From the NCBI GenBank assembly GCA_963847705.1, contig CAWKBC010000030.1, positions 32,001-96,000 of the forward strand: a DNA stretch of 64,000 nucleotides, given 5' to 3'. Source of the DNA: an uncultured Pseudomonadota bacterium (lineage in GTDB: Bacteria > Myxococcota_A > Polyangia > Fen-1088). Each line of letters begins with the position of its first letter. Position 1 is the stretch's first letter. Shown in pieces: positions 1-12,387 of the stretch. Under the pieces are notes generated by a model. That model had not been told where the DNA came from. It made no database searches and saw only the letters and a list, made by a program, of their open reading frames with translations. Both the position numbers and the translations under genes were made by a program.

Positions 1-52
1 GTGCGGCCGCCCTCCGACTGGCGAGCGCCGAGCCCGGCGCCGCCGGCGGAGC

Positions 53-313
53 ATGAGCAGGCCGAGGCCGAGGGCGCAGACTCCTGCCAGCGACGACGAG
101 GATCCGCTGGCCACGGCGCAGGCGCATCCGCTCGACGCTCCGGAGGTCGCGCCGCTGTCGCCCGAGGCGCCGCCGGTCGCGCCCGGCTCCTCGCCGCCCG
201 TGCCAGACGGGTTGCCGGAGCCACGGGTGGAGGTGACGGCTCCGCCGGTGCCCGAGGAGGTCCCGCCCGCCCCGTTGCCGTCGTTGCCGATCCCCACGCC
301 GCCGCCGCTCTGA
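53..313 (+). CDS. Pro-rich hypothetical protein, possibly the C-terminal part of a gene starting before the window
   Basis: Frame is open from the window edge; Pro/Glu-rich tail ends at TGA 311-313, convergent with mutH. Confidence 0.45.
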   Translation: MSRPRPRAQTPASDDEDPLATAQAHPLDAPEVAPLSPEAPPVAPGSSPPVPDGLPEPRVEVTAPPVPEEVPPAPLPSLPIPTPPPL

Positions 314-344
314 TCACGCCGCCATGGAGAGGAGCGCGCGGGCG

Positions 345-1004
345 TCAGCCGTCGCGCAGGATCCGGGCGACGAAGGCCGGGCGCAGGTAGAAACCGTGCT
401 TGCCGACGCGCGCCGGGTTGCCGGCGGCGTCGTAAGCGTCGCGCAGATCGTCGGCGTCGCGCCCCTTCGGACGCACCTGCAGCACCTCCCCGAGGTGCCC
501 GGTGATCTCGGCGGCACGACCCTGGCGGTAGTAGCCGCGCACGAACAGCTCGAAGTCGTCGCGCAGGGCGCGCGCTTCGTCGGCGTCGGGCGACCAGAGG
601 CGCACGGCGGCCACCCGCCGCTCGCCGACCGAGCGGGCCCCACTTGGGACGGCCAGCGCGACGAAGAGGACGCGGGCCAGCTTCTGGCGCACGTAGCTCG
701 AGTCCCAGGACTCGCCCGCGATGGCGACCGGATCGATCTGACAGACGGCGGTCGATTCGAGCGGCTCCAGCGATTCCCGGACCGGGACGGTCTTCAATTC
801 GACCCCCAGCGCCGCGAAGTCGGGCCCGCGTGCGCCGCCGCCCGCCACCCCCAGCTCGTGCTCGATCACCTGGCCCGACCACCCCTTGGTGCGCAGGCGA
901 CCGACCGGGACCGGGAGGCCGAGCGTGTCGGCCAGCTCGGAGAGCTCCACCCCGACCAGCGCCCGCGCGTGGGCGAGCAGGGCCTCGAGCGTCTCCCCTT
1001 CCAT
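345..1004 (-). CDS. mutH: MutH/Sau3AI-family GATC endonuclease (DNA mismatch repair protein MutH)
   Basis: KGWSGQVIE, PDFAALGVELKTVP (PD-(D/E)XK), LQVRPKG and GFYLR match MutH motifs; start moved to ATG 1004 gives 219 aa. Confidence 0.9.
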   Translation of the reverse strand: MEGETLEALLAHARALVGVELSELADTLGLPVPVGRLRTKGWSGQVIEHELGVAGGGARGPDFAALGVELKTVPVRESLEPLESTAVCQIDPVAIAGESWDSSYVRQKLARVLFVALAVPSGARSVGERRVAAVRLWSPDADEARALRDDFELFVRGYYRQGRAAEITGHLGEVLQVRPKGRDADDLRDAYDAAGNPARVGKHGFYLRPAFVARILRDG

Positions 1005-1181
1005 GCCCTGACCGTGAGCGAATTTCGCGGCCAGGTCCAGCGCCCGATGGACCAGCCGCACCGGCGCCGGGGTCGAGCCGGCACCGGCGCCGGGGGGCGA
1101 GCCGGCGCGAAAACGGCGCACGGAAGAGCCATCCCCTTTACCCGTTGAAAGCGGGCCGCATTAGCGGTAGCACCTTGGCCC

Positions 1182-2261
1182 ATGAGCAACCGCGTGTTCA
1201 ACTTCAGTGCAGGGCCGGCCATGCTGCCGACCGAGGTTTTGGAAGCATCCGCCAAGGCTCTGGTCGATTTCCAGGGCAAGGGCTTCGGCATCGCCGAGTG
1301 CAGCCACCGGGGCAAGGAGTTCGACGGCGTCCTCGACGAGGCGATCGCCAAGTGCAAGGCGCTGCTGTCGGTCCCCGACACGCACGACATCCTGTTCCTG
1401 CAGGGCGGGGCCACGCAGCTCTTCAACACCATCCCGATGAACATCCTCAACGGCACCGCCGACTACGTGGTGGGCGGCGAGTGGTCGAAGAAGGCCGCCG
1501 GCTCCGCGCAGAGCGCCTACGGCGAGAAGATTCGCGTCATCGCCAGCAGCGAAGAGACCAAGTTCGATCGCCCGCCCACGGGCTGGAAGGCCGATCCGAA
1601 CGCCGCCTACCTGCACGTCTGCTCCAACGAGACGGTGCACGGTCACCGGCTGGTCGAGTGGCCCGAGCACCCGACCCTGGTCGTCGATGCCAGCTCCGAG
1701 ATGATGTCGCGGCCCCACCCGGTGTCGCGCACCGCGCTCATCTACGCCGGCGCGCAGAAGAACCTGGGCCCGGCCGGCGTGGTGGTGGCGATCGTCCGCA
1801 AGGATCTCTACCCGCGCATCGCCAAGAGCGTCCCCAAGATCTTCAGCTTCCAGGCGATGGCCGAGGCCAAGAGCTGCCTCAACACGCCGCCCACCTTCGG
1901 GATCTACTTCCTGCTGGAGACCTTCCGCTGGCTGGAGGCGCAGGGGGGCCTGGCGGCGATCGAGAAGCGCAACGCCGAGAAGGCGGCGCTGATCTACGAG
2001 GCCATCGACAGCTCGGGCGGCTACTACAAGGGGACCGTGGCCGACAAGAGCGCGCGCAGCCACATGAACGTGACCTACCTCCTGCCGAGCGAGGAGCTCA
2101 CCGACAAGTTCGTCAAGGAGGCCTCCAAGAACGGCATGGTGGCGCTCAAGGGCTACCGCACCGTCGGCGGCATCCGCGCCTCGATCTACAACGCCATGCC
2201 GGTCGCCGGCGCCAAGGCGCTGGCCGACTTCATGGCAACGTTCGCCAAAGCGAACGGCTGA
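1182..2261 (+). CDS. serC: 3-phosphoserine/phosphohydroxythreonine aminotransferase
   Basis: FNFSAGPAMLP, SHRGKEF, GAQKNLGPAG (PLP lysine), NTPP, GGIRASIYNA; 359 aa. Confidence 0.97.
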   Translation: MSNRVFNFSAGPAMLPTEVLEASAKALVDFQGKGFGIAECSHRGKEFDGVLDEAIAKCKALLSVPDTHDILFLQGGATQLFNTIPMNILNGTADYVVGGEWSKKAAGSAQSAYGEKIRVIASSEETKFDRPPTGWKADPNAAYLHVCSNETVHGHRLVEWPEHPTLVVDASSEMMSRPHPVSRTALIYAGAQKNLGPAGVVVAIVRKDLYPRIAKSVPKIFSFQAMAEAKSCLNTPPTFGIYFLLETFRWLEAQGGLAAIEKRNAEKAALIYEAIDSSGGYYKGTVADKSARSHMNVTYLLPSEELTDKFVKEASKNGMVALKGYRTVGGIRASIYNAMPVAGAKALADFMATFAKANG

Positions 2262-2340
2262 TCGACGGCCCAAGCCAAGGCTGACGAACGGCGGATCGAC
2301 GGCCAAAGCCAACGGCGGATCGACCGCCAAGGCGAACGGC
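2244..2340 (+). repeat. Degenerate ~24-30 bp tandem repeat (4 copies) of the serC terminal codons
   Basis: GCCAAAGCGAACGGCTGATCGACG-like units start at 2244, 2274, 2302 and 2326. Confidence 0.7.
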
Positions 2341-2433
2341 CAAGCTCAGCGAGGGCGTCGTCTTGCCGCCGTGAGGGATCTTCGCGTGTCACGACGATAA
2401 CGGTGGCCGGGGCCGCGCGCGAGCGTGGCGCCG

Positions 2434-3825
2434 CTATTCGTTGCGGCGGAACTTCTGCGGGTCGAGGCCGAACTTCTTGATCCAGCGCCAGACGGCGGCG
2501 CGGTGCTTGCCGAGCTCGCGCGAGACGTCGGCCACGTTCCCCTCGTAGCGGCGCAGCGACTCCTCGATCTGCGCCGGTGTCGGCGACGGTCCGGTGGTGC
2601 GGCGCACGCCCGCGCTGGTGCCGGCGGGGGCCGACAGCACGCGCGCGATCGGCTCCGGCAGATCGCGCAGCGCGATCGGCTTGTCGCCCCCGGTCAGCAC
2701 CGCCGCGGTGGAGATGATCTTCTCCAGCTCGCGGACGTTGAGCGGCCAGCCGTGCAGCGCCAGCGCGCGGAAGGCCGGTTGCTCGAACTTGGCGGACGAG
2801 GAGGCCCGCCCCAGAAAATGCGCGACGAGGGCGCCCAGATCCTCGACCCGGTTGCGCAGCGGCGGCAGGTAGATCGGCGCCGCGCCCAGGCGCCCCACGA
2901 TGTCGTCGCGCAGGCCGCTCGGGCCCTTGCCCGGCCCGGCGGCGGTGCGGTTGGTGGCGGCGACGATGCGCACGTCCATCTGGCGCGGCCGCGTCGACCC
3001 CAGCGGCGTCAGCTCGCGGTCCTGCAGAAAGCGCAGGATCTTGATCTGCGCCTCGGGCGTCATCTCGCCGATCTCGTCGAGGAACAGCGTCCCCCCCTCG
3101 GCCTCCTCGATGAGCCCCGCCTTGGCCTGGTGCGCGGTGGAGTGCGCCCCCTGCCGGTAGCCGAACAGCTCGCTTTCGACCAGCTCGCGCGGGATGGCGG
3201 CGCAGTTGATGGCGACGAAGCGACCCTTGCGGCCGCTCGCCTGATGCACGGCGCGCGCGTAGACCTCCTTGCCGGCGCCGGTCTCGCCCAGGATCAGCAG
3301 CTCGCCCTCGGACGCCGCCAGCCGGCGCAGGCGATCGCAGGCCACCGCCAGCGTCGGGGAGGCGGTCGCCACCGGGCCGAAGGGGGCCACCAGCTCGGCC
3401 TTGATCGCCTCGAGCTCGATCTGCGACACCATCCGGAAGACGGCCACGTGGTTGCCGAAGAACAGCAGCGCGCCGTCACGGAGGCGCGCTTTCCCCAGCT
3501 CTCGGTCGACGCGCTGGTTGTCGATCCAGCTGCCGTTCTTGCTGCCCAGATCTTCGAGGTCGTAGCCGCCGGCCACCCGGGTGATCCGCGCGTGCTGGCT
3601 CGAGACCAGACCGTCGTCGAGAACGGCGGCGTTGGCCCCCACCGGCACCCCCTCCGCCCGCCGCCCCACGAAGAGATCGTCGCCGGCGATCTGCAGGCGC
3701 GTGCGCGCGGGGAGCGCGGGCATGTCCGCGCTGCCGACCACCAGCAGCACCGCCCGATCCTTCTGCTCGCCCGGCGAGAGCGGAGACTGGACCGCCGTCA
3801 GCGTTCGTTCGGCGGGATCGCGCAT
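2434..3825 (-). CDS. FHA-domain sigma54-type enhancer-binding protein (FHA-AAA+-HTH)
   Basis: FHA motifs (VGR, VSSQHA, DLGSKNG), Walker A GETGAGKE, Walker B LFLDEIGE, WPLNVREL, C-terminal Fis-like HTH; GAFTGA loop reads GAHSTA. Confidence 0.92.
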   Translation of the reverse strand: MRDPAERTLTAVQSPLSPGEQKDRAVLLVVGSADMPALPARTRLQIAGDDLFVGRRAEGVPVGANAAVLDDGLVSSQHARITRVAGGYDLEDLGSKNGSWIDNQRVDRELGKARLRDGALLFFGNHVAVFRMVSQIELEAIKAELVAPFGPVATASPTLAVACDRLRRLAASEGELLILGETGAGKEVYARAVHQASGRKGRFVAINCAAIPRELVESELFGYRQGAHSTAHQAKAGLIEEAEGGTLFLDEIGEMTPEAQIKILRFLQDRELTPLGSTRPRQMDVRIVAATNRTAAGPGKGPSGLRDDIVGRLGAAPIYLPPLRNRVEDLGALVAHFLGRASSSAKFEQPAFRALALHGWPLNVRELEKIISTAAVLTGGDKPIALRDLPEPIARVLSAPAGTSAGVRRTTGPSPTPAQIEESLRRYEGNVADVSRELGKHRAAVWRWIKKFGLDPQKFRRNE

Positions 3826-3879
3826 CCCCCACAGACTAACACCTGGGCCCTCTGTTTGGCCGCGCGCCTTCGATTGTGG

Positions 3880-6299
<2,420 letters not shown>

Positions 6300-6303
<4 letters not shown>

Positions 6304-6941
6304 AACGTCCCTCCCAGCAGGCCAGGGCCGATCCAGACGGCGACGAAGTCATTCCGCGCGTGCCGGCGCACCAGTAGAAACCGGGCCACGCCCGTCGCCG
6401 TCAGCACCGCGCCGATCGCCAGCGCGCCGACGGCGACGTCGAGGCGCGCGCCGGCCGTCGACCAGTGGCTCTGGTACGCGCTGTAGCTCGGCGCGTTCTC
6501 GGCCTCGCCGCGCGCGCTCTCGGCCGCCACGAGGTAGCCGATGCCGATGCCCAGCGCGACCACGCCGGCGCTGGTCAGCCCGAGGCCCCAGGGATCGCGG
6601 CTCCAGCGCGGCGGCGCCGGTCTGGGGGGCGGCGGCGCCGGTGCCGGCGTCATGATCACCACCTCGGGTTTCTTGGCCAGCTCCTGCGCGCAGCGCGCGA
6701 GCGCGATCTGCGTGGCGTCGATCTGCAACGCAGGGGGCCTGGTGGTCAGGAAGCGCTGGTAGAGGACCACCGCGCCCCGGCAGTCACCGCCGAGCCGCTT
6801 GGCCTGCGCCTCGGCAAACAGGAACTCGCGGCGGGGATCGAGCGCGAAGCCCTCTTCCAGATCGCCGATGGCCGCCGCGTAGTCGCGCGTCTCGAACTTC
6901 TTCAGCGCGCGATCATAGAGCGCCTGCGCCGCCGGGTGCAT
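6300..6941 (-). CDS. TPR-containing membrane protein; true start probably further upstream (~7124-7135)
   Basis: TPR helices (AQALYDRA...YAAAIGDLEEGF), Pro linker and two C-terminal hydrophobic segments; frame stays open upstream through a signal-peptide-like stretch (LALVALLVLVSGGA). Confidence 0.75.
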
Positions 6942-7232
6942 GGGGCCCTCCAGCTCACCCGGGCCGCTCTCGGGCGCCGCGGCCGCCGGCGCGGCGGCAC
7001 GCGCCGCCGCCGGGACCGAAACGGCGCCGCCCGAGACCAGAACGAGCAGAGCGACGAGAGCGAGCGGGCCGCAGCGAAAAGCCCGCCGTAGGTGCTCAGA
7101 TCGAGGTGAAGGCCTACGCTGAATGGCCCGTCCACGTTATGCCCCTGCCACGGCGCTGTCGAGAGCCGCGGCTGCGTCGGGGGGCCAGGGACACGGTCGA
7201 CGAGCTTCGCCGCGTGGGTCTTCAAGGCGTCG

Positions 7233-8711
<1,479 letters not shown>

Positions 8712-8811
8712 CTCCGCGCCCAGAATATCAGAACCCGGGGGGCATTCGCGCTCAGATGGACGGCATTGGCGCCGGCATCCTGGCCTGGCCGGCGGCGGGT
8801 GACGTTTCGCT

Positions 8812-8916
8812 GTTGCGCAACCCTGCGACGCGGCGACTTTTCCTCGATATTTCAGCTAGATCGCGGGGCGGCATGAGAGAATGGGCCGTATTCGCGGGGT
8901 TCTCTGGTTGCGCAAC
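8812..8916. promoter_or_regulatory. Two perfect GTTGCGCAAC palindromes, candidate activator/enhancer sites
   Basis: Identical 10-bp palindrome at 8812-8821 and 8907-8916, upstream of a sigma54-like promoter. Confidence 0.55.
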
Positions 8917-8974
8917 AAACGCCCCGAAAATGCTCCGCAAGCCCGGCCATCCGGCTGTTTCCGACGCAATTCGA

Positions 8975-8991
8975 TTGGCCCCCTTATTGCG
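8975..8991 (+). promoter_or_regulatory. Sigma54 (-24/-12) promoter of the HzsA-like operon
   Basis: TTGGCCCCCTTATTGCG has GG-N10-GC spacing with TTGC; followed by SD AAGGAG (9006-9011) and ATG 9020. Confidence 0.65.
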
Positions 8992-9019
8992 TAATCCAGC
9001 GAACGAAGGAGAGCCGCTC

Positions 9020-11419
9020 ATGCGAGACAAGCTCACACTCAAGACACTTTGGTTGCTGCAGTCGAGCGTCCTCGGGTTGGCGCTCGGGGCCGGCGCCGGG
9101 TGCAGCTCGACGAGCAAGACCACCGGGAACGTCAGCGCGCTGCCGGCCGACGTCCAGGCGATCACCTTCTTGCAGCGCACGCCGCGCAACGACGACGGCA
9201 ACGTCTTCGACTACGCCAACTTCGTCCCGGGCGGTCGGCTGTCGATGCTCTCCCCGCCCTCGGCGGACGGGCAGCTGACGGTCATCTTCCCGAACACGGC
9301 GACCTGCACCGCGCTCCTCAAGAACATGGACGGCACGGACGCCTCGCCCACCGACATCAGCAACTGCGTGAGCGGCTCCGACGTCCAGGCGTACAATCTC
9401 TCGTTCGACGCCAAGTCGGTGGTCTTCTCGGCCCAGCTCCCGGGCGACGGCAGCTACCAGATCTATTCGATCAACCTGGACGGGTCGGACCTGAAGCAGC
9501 TGACCAGCGGCGGGAACGACTTCGTCTATCCGGTCTACGCGCCGGGCGATCGCGTCACCTTCATGACCAACCGCAACGTCGAGGCGGACGCCGACCCCAG
9601 CTCGATGCAGTTCAAGGACGAGTACGAACGCGCGGTGACCGCCCAGGTCGGCAGCGTCACCACCAGCGGGACGGACCTGCAGCTCGGACCGCGCAACGTC
9701 TCCCACCGCGTCTCGCCGGCGCTGCTGCCCGACGGCCACGTGCTCTACACCGAGTGGATGCACATGGGCGAGGTCAACGAGGGGCACCTCCGCATGATGA
9801 ACACCGACATGACGGGGATGAAGGAGGCGTTCGGCGACGAGCTCGCCGCGCAGTATCCGTCGACCAACAGCTACCTCAAGGCCCGCTACGTCAAGACCAC
9901 GCCGTACTTCGACGTCGCCGCCAACAAGATGCTCGACGACTATCAGGTCATCGCCGTGGCCACCTCGCGCGATCGCACCCTGCAGTCGGGCAAGCTGTTC
10001 CTCATCGATCTCAACGGCAGCGAGGCCAACTCGACCTCGCAGGACCTGACGCCGCTCATCCCGGGCGATCGGTCGCCGAGCTCGCAGGGGATCGGCCGCT
10101 ACTACGACGCCGAGCCGGTGGGCGACGAGGCCCCGGGGCAGTTCCTCACCTCCTGGTCGGATGGCCCGGTCCAGTCGGAGGAGCTCGACCGCGCGATGAG
10201 CACCGCGCAGTTCGGCATCTACGTGCTCGACGCGGCGAACGCCAACGCCAGCAACGGCGGCCGCTCGCCCATCTACGACGACCCGAACTACTGGGACGTC
10301 CTGCCCCGCCCGGTGAAGGTGCGCCCCGAGCCGGCCAACCTGGCTTCGCAGATCAGCACCACCGACACCAGCACCACCGTCGGCTGCCTCAACGTCTACA
10401 ACTCGTCGCTGCTGACCATCCCGCAGGGGAGCGTGACGAAGGTGCGGCTCATCGAGGGCTTCTCGGGCGAAGAGGGGGGCGTCGACATGTTCGGCACCAC
10501 CGAGTTCGACGGGCAGTCGAAGTACGGCGAGATTCCGATCCAGGACGACGCCTCGTTCGCCGCCGACGTCCCGGCCAACGTGCCGCTGCACATCCAGCTG
10601 GTCGACAAGTTCGGCATGGCCACGGCGGTCAGCGGCAGCCACGGCACGGCCGTGGACACCCCGGTCGCCAACGAGGACATCTGGTTCTCCGGCCGCTCGG
10701 GCGAGTCGCGCTTCTGCGGCGGCTGCCACGAGAACCGCACCGTGGCCTCGTCGATTCAGCCGGGGGCGACCCAGGCCGTCATCCACGGTCCGGTCAACCT
10801 CGACGCGCCCCGGGCCTCTCGCCAGTCGACCACGGCCTACGTGCTCGCCAACGGCGCCCTGCCGGCCGGGACCAACGCGGCCAACCCGGGTGACAACGAC
10901 GTGCGCGGCGTCCCCTGGGATCTGGCCATTCAACCGATCCTCGACGCCAAGTGCGCCACCTGCCACAACGGCGACGCCACCCAGTCCTACAACCCGAGCT
11001 ACACCGTCACCGACATGACCAGCGGGACCTCGCAGACCTTCGTGTTCGACCTGCGCGGCCAGAAGCTCAACGTCACCGTCGGTGAGAAGATGACGGGGGA
11101 CTTCACCGCATCGTACCTGTCGCTGATGGGGCTGGGCGAGATCCTGGGCGACGACGTCGTCAAGATCACCGGGACGCCGCCCGACTACGTGACGGCGGCC
11201 GCGGCCGAGACCAGCAAGCTCATGACCGAGCACCTGAATCCGCCGCAGCGCTACCCGCTCGACACCAACACCCGCCTCGTGCCGGGCCTGGCGGTCCACC
11301 CGGTGGACGTCGGCGGAACCGAGCTGACGCCGGACGAGTACTACCTCTTGGAGCTCAACATCGACATGGGTGGCCAGTACTTCTTCCGGGAGAACCTGGA
11401 CGAAGCAGGGTCTCAGTAA
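9020..11419 (+). CDS. HzsA-related (hydrazine synthase alpha-like) lipoprotein: TolB-like propeller, middle domain, two c-type heme motifs
   Basis: Lipobox-like GAGC; propeller motifs (SFDAKSVVFS, YQIYSINLDGSDLKQLT); GEIPIQDDASFAADVPANVPLHIQLVDKFG; CGGCH and CATCH. Confidence 0.8.
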   Translation: MRDKLTLKTLWLLQSSVLGLALGAGAGCSSTSKTTGNVSALPADVQAITFLQRTPRNDDGNVFDYANFVPGGRLSMLSPPSADGQLTVIFPNTATCTALLKNMDGTDASPTDISNCVSGSDVQAYNLSFDAKSVVFSAQLPGDGSYQIYSINLDGSDLKQLTSGGNDFVYPVYAPGDRVTFMTNRNVEADADPSSMQFKDEYERAVTAQVGSVTTSGTDLQLGPRNVSHRVSPALLPDGHVLYTEWMHMGEVNEGHLRMMNTDMTGMKEAFGDELAAQYPSTNSYLKARYVKTTPYFDVAANKMLDDYQVIAVATSRDRTLQSGKLFLIDLNGSEANSTSQDLTPLIPGDRSPSSQGIGRYYDAEPVGDEAPGQFLTSWSDGPVQSEELDRAMSTAQFGIYVLDAANANASNGGRSPIYDDPNYWDVLPRPVKVRPEPANLASQISTTDTSTTVGCLNVYNSSLLTIPQGSVTKVRLIEGFSGEEGGVDMFGTTEFDGQSKYGEIPIQDDASFAADVPANVPLHIQLVDKFGMATAVSGSHGTAVDTPVANEDIWFSGRSGESRFCGGCHENRTVASSIQPGATQAVIHGPVNLDAPRASRQSTTAYVLANGALPAGTNAANPGDNDVRGVPWDLAIQPILDAKCATCHNGDATQSYNPSYTVTDMTSGTSQTFVFDLRGQKLNVTVGEKMTGDFTASYLSLMGLGEILGDDVVKITGTPPDYVTAAAAETSKLMTEHLNPPQRYPLDTNTRLVPGLAVHPVDVGGTELTPDEYYLLELNIDMGGQYFFRENLDEAGSQ

Positions 11420-11441
11420 CAACGGACGGGAGCCAGTGAAC

Positions 11442-12299
11442 ATGCGAATCATCAACATGAACGCAAAGAAGCTCGCGATCGTCGGCACGCTCGGACTCGC
11501 CCTGGCGGCGGGGCGGGGCGCGAACGCTGGGACCGGCGGCAGCGCCTCGACCATCCAGCAGGCCATCTCCGCCAACTCGGTCGACTCCATCAAGGCCGAG
11601 CTCGAACGGACGGAGTTCCTGGTCTGCGCCGCCTGCGTCGATCTGGTCACCCCGCTCGTCGACCACCCGGACGTTCGCGTCCGGACGGTCGCCGCCTGGT
11701 GGCTGGCCCGGCGCGGAATCGCCAAGACGATCCAGGTGCAGATGCTGACCCGGCTCTCGCAGCCCGACTCGACGGCGGCGCTCAACGCGGCTGACGTGCT
11801 GGGCGAGTTCCACTACGTCTCGTCGATCCCGGCGCTGGGGGCCGCGCTGTCGAACCCGACCTTCTCGGGGGCGGCGCGCGCGGAGATGGCCAAGGCGCTG
11901 GGGACGATCGGGCGCCCGGCGGGGACGCAGTATCTCACCACCGCGCTTGCCGACAGCGACCCACAGGTGCGCTCGGCCTCTCTGCTGGCGCTGCGGACCA
12001 TCCCGGGCTTCCACGACGGCAGCGTCGCGGCTCCCCTCATCGGCGACGGCGACGCGGGCGTGCGCTCCGACGCGGTCGTCACCGTCGGGATGTTCAAGTA
12101 CACCGGCGGAGCGTCGGCCCTCGTTTCGGCGCTCTCCGATCCGTCGCAGACGGTGCGCAAGAAGGCGGCCTGGGCGTTGGGCGAGATCGGGGCCTCTGCA
12201 TCGACGGCCGGCCCGGCCCTGCAGAACGCCGCCGCCAACGATCCGAGCCCGCTCGTCCGCTCGCTGGCCAAGGCCGCGCTGACCAAGCTCACGCAATAA
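11442..12299 (+). CDS. Secreted HEAT-repeat protein with a CxxC motif
   Basis: Signal peptide; PBS-lyase-like HEAT repeats (LADSDPQVRSAS, LSDPSQTVRKKAAWALG); CAAC. Confidence 0.85.
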   Translation: MRIINMNAKKLAIVGTLGLALAAGRGANAGTGGSASTIQQAISANSVDSIKAELERTEFLVCAACVDLVTPLVDHPDVRVRTVAAWWLARRGIAKTIQVQMLTRLSQPDSTAALNAADVLGEFHYVSSIPALGAALSNPTFSGAARAEMAKALGTIGRPAGTQYLTTALADSDPQVRSASLLALRTIPGFHDGSVAAPLIGDGDAGVRSDAVVTVGMFKYTGGASALVSALSDPSQTVRKKAAWALGEIGASASTAGPALQNAAANDPSPLVRSLAKAALTKLTQ

Positions 12300-12387
12300 G
12301 CTCGATTCTCGTCTCTCGCGTCTCGTTGTTCATCGTTGGTCGGTGTTCACAACCCGAGCGGGACTTGGTACAATCGGCGTCCCCGGA

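Noticed and set aside
345-1004. Restriction-modification or defence island
   Set aside because: Single-domain MutH size with no adjacent methyltransferase or defence genes.
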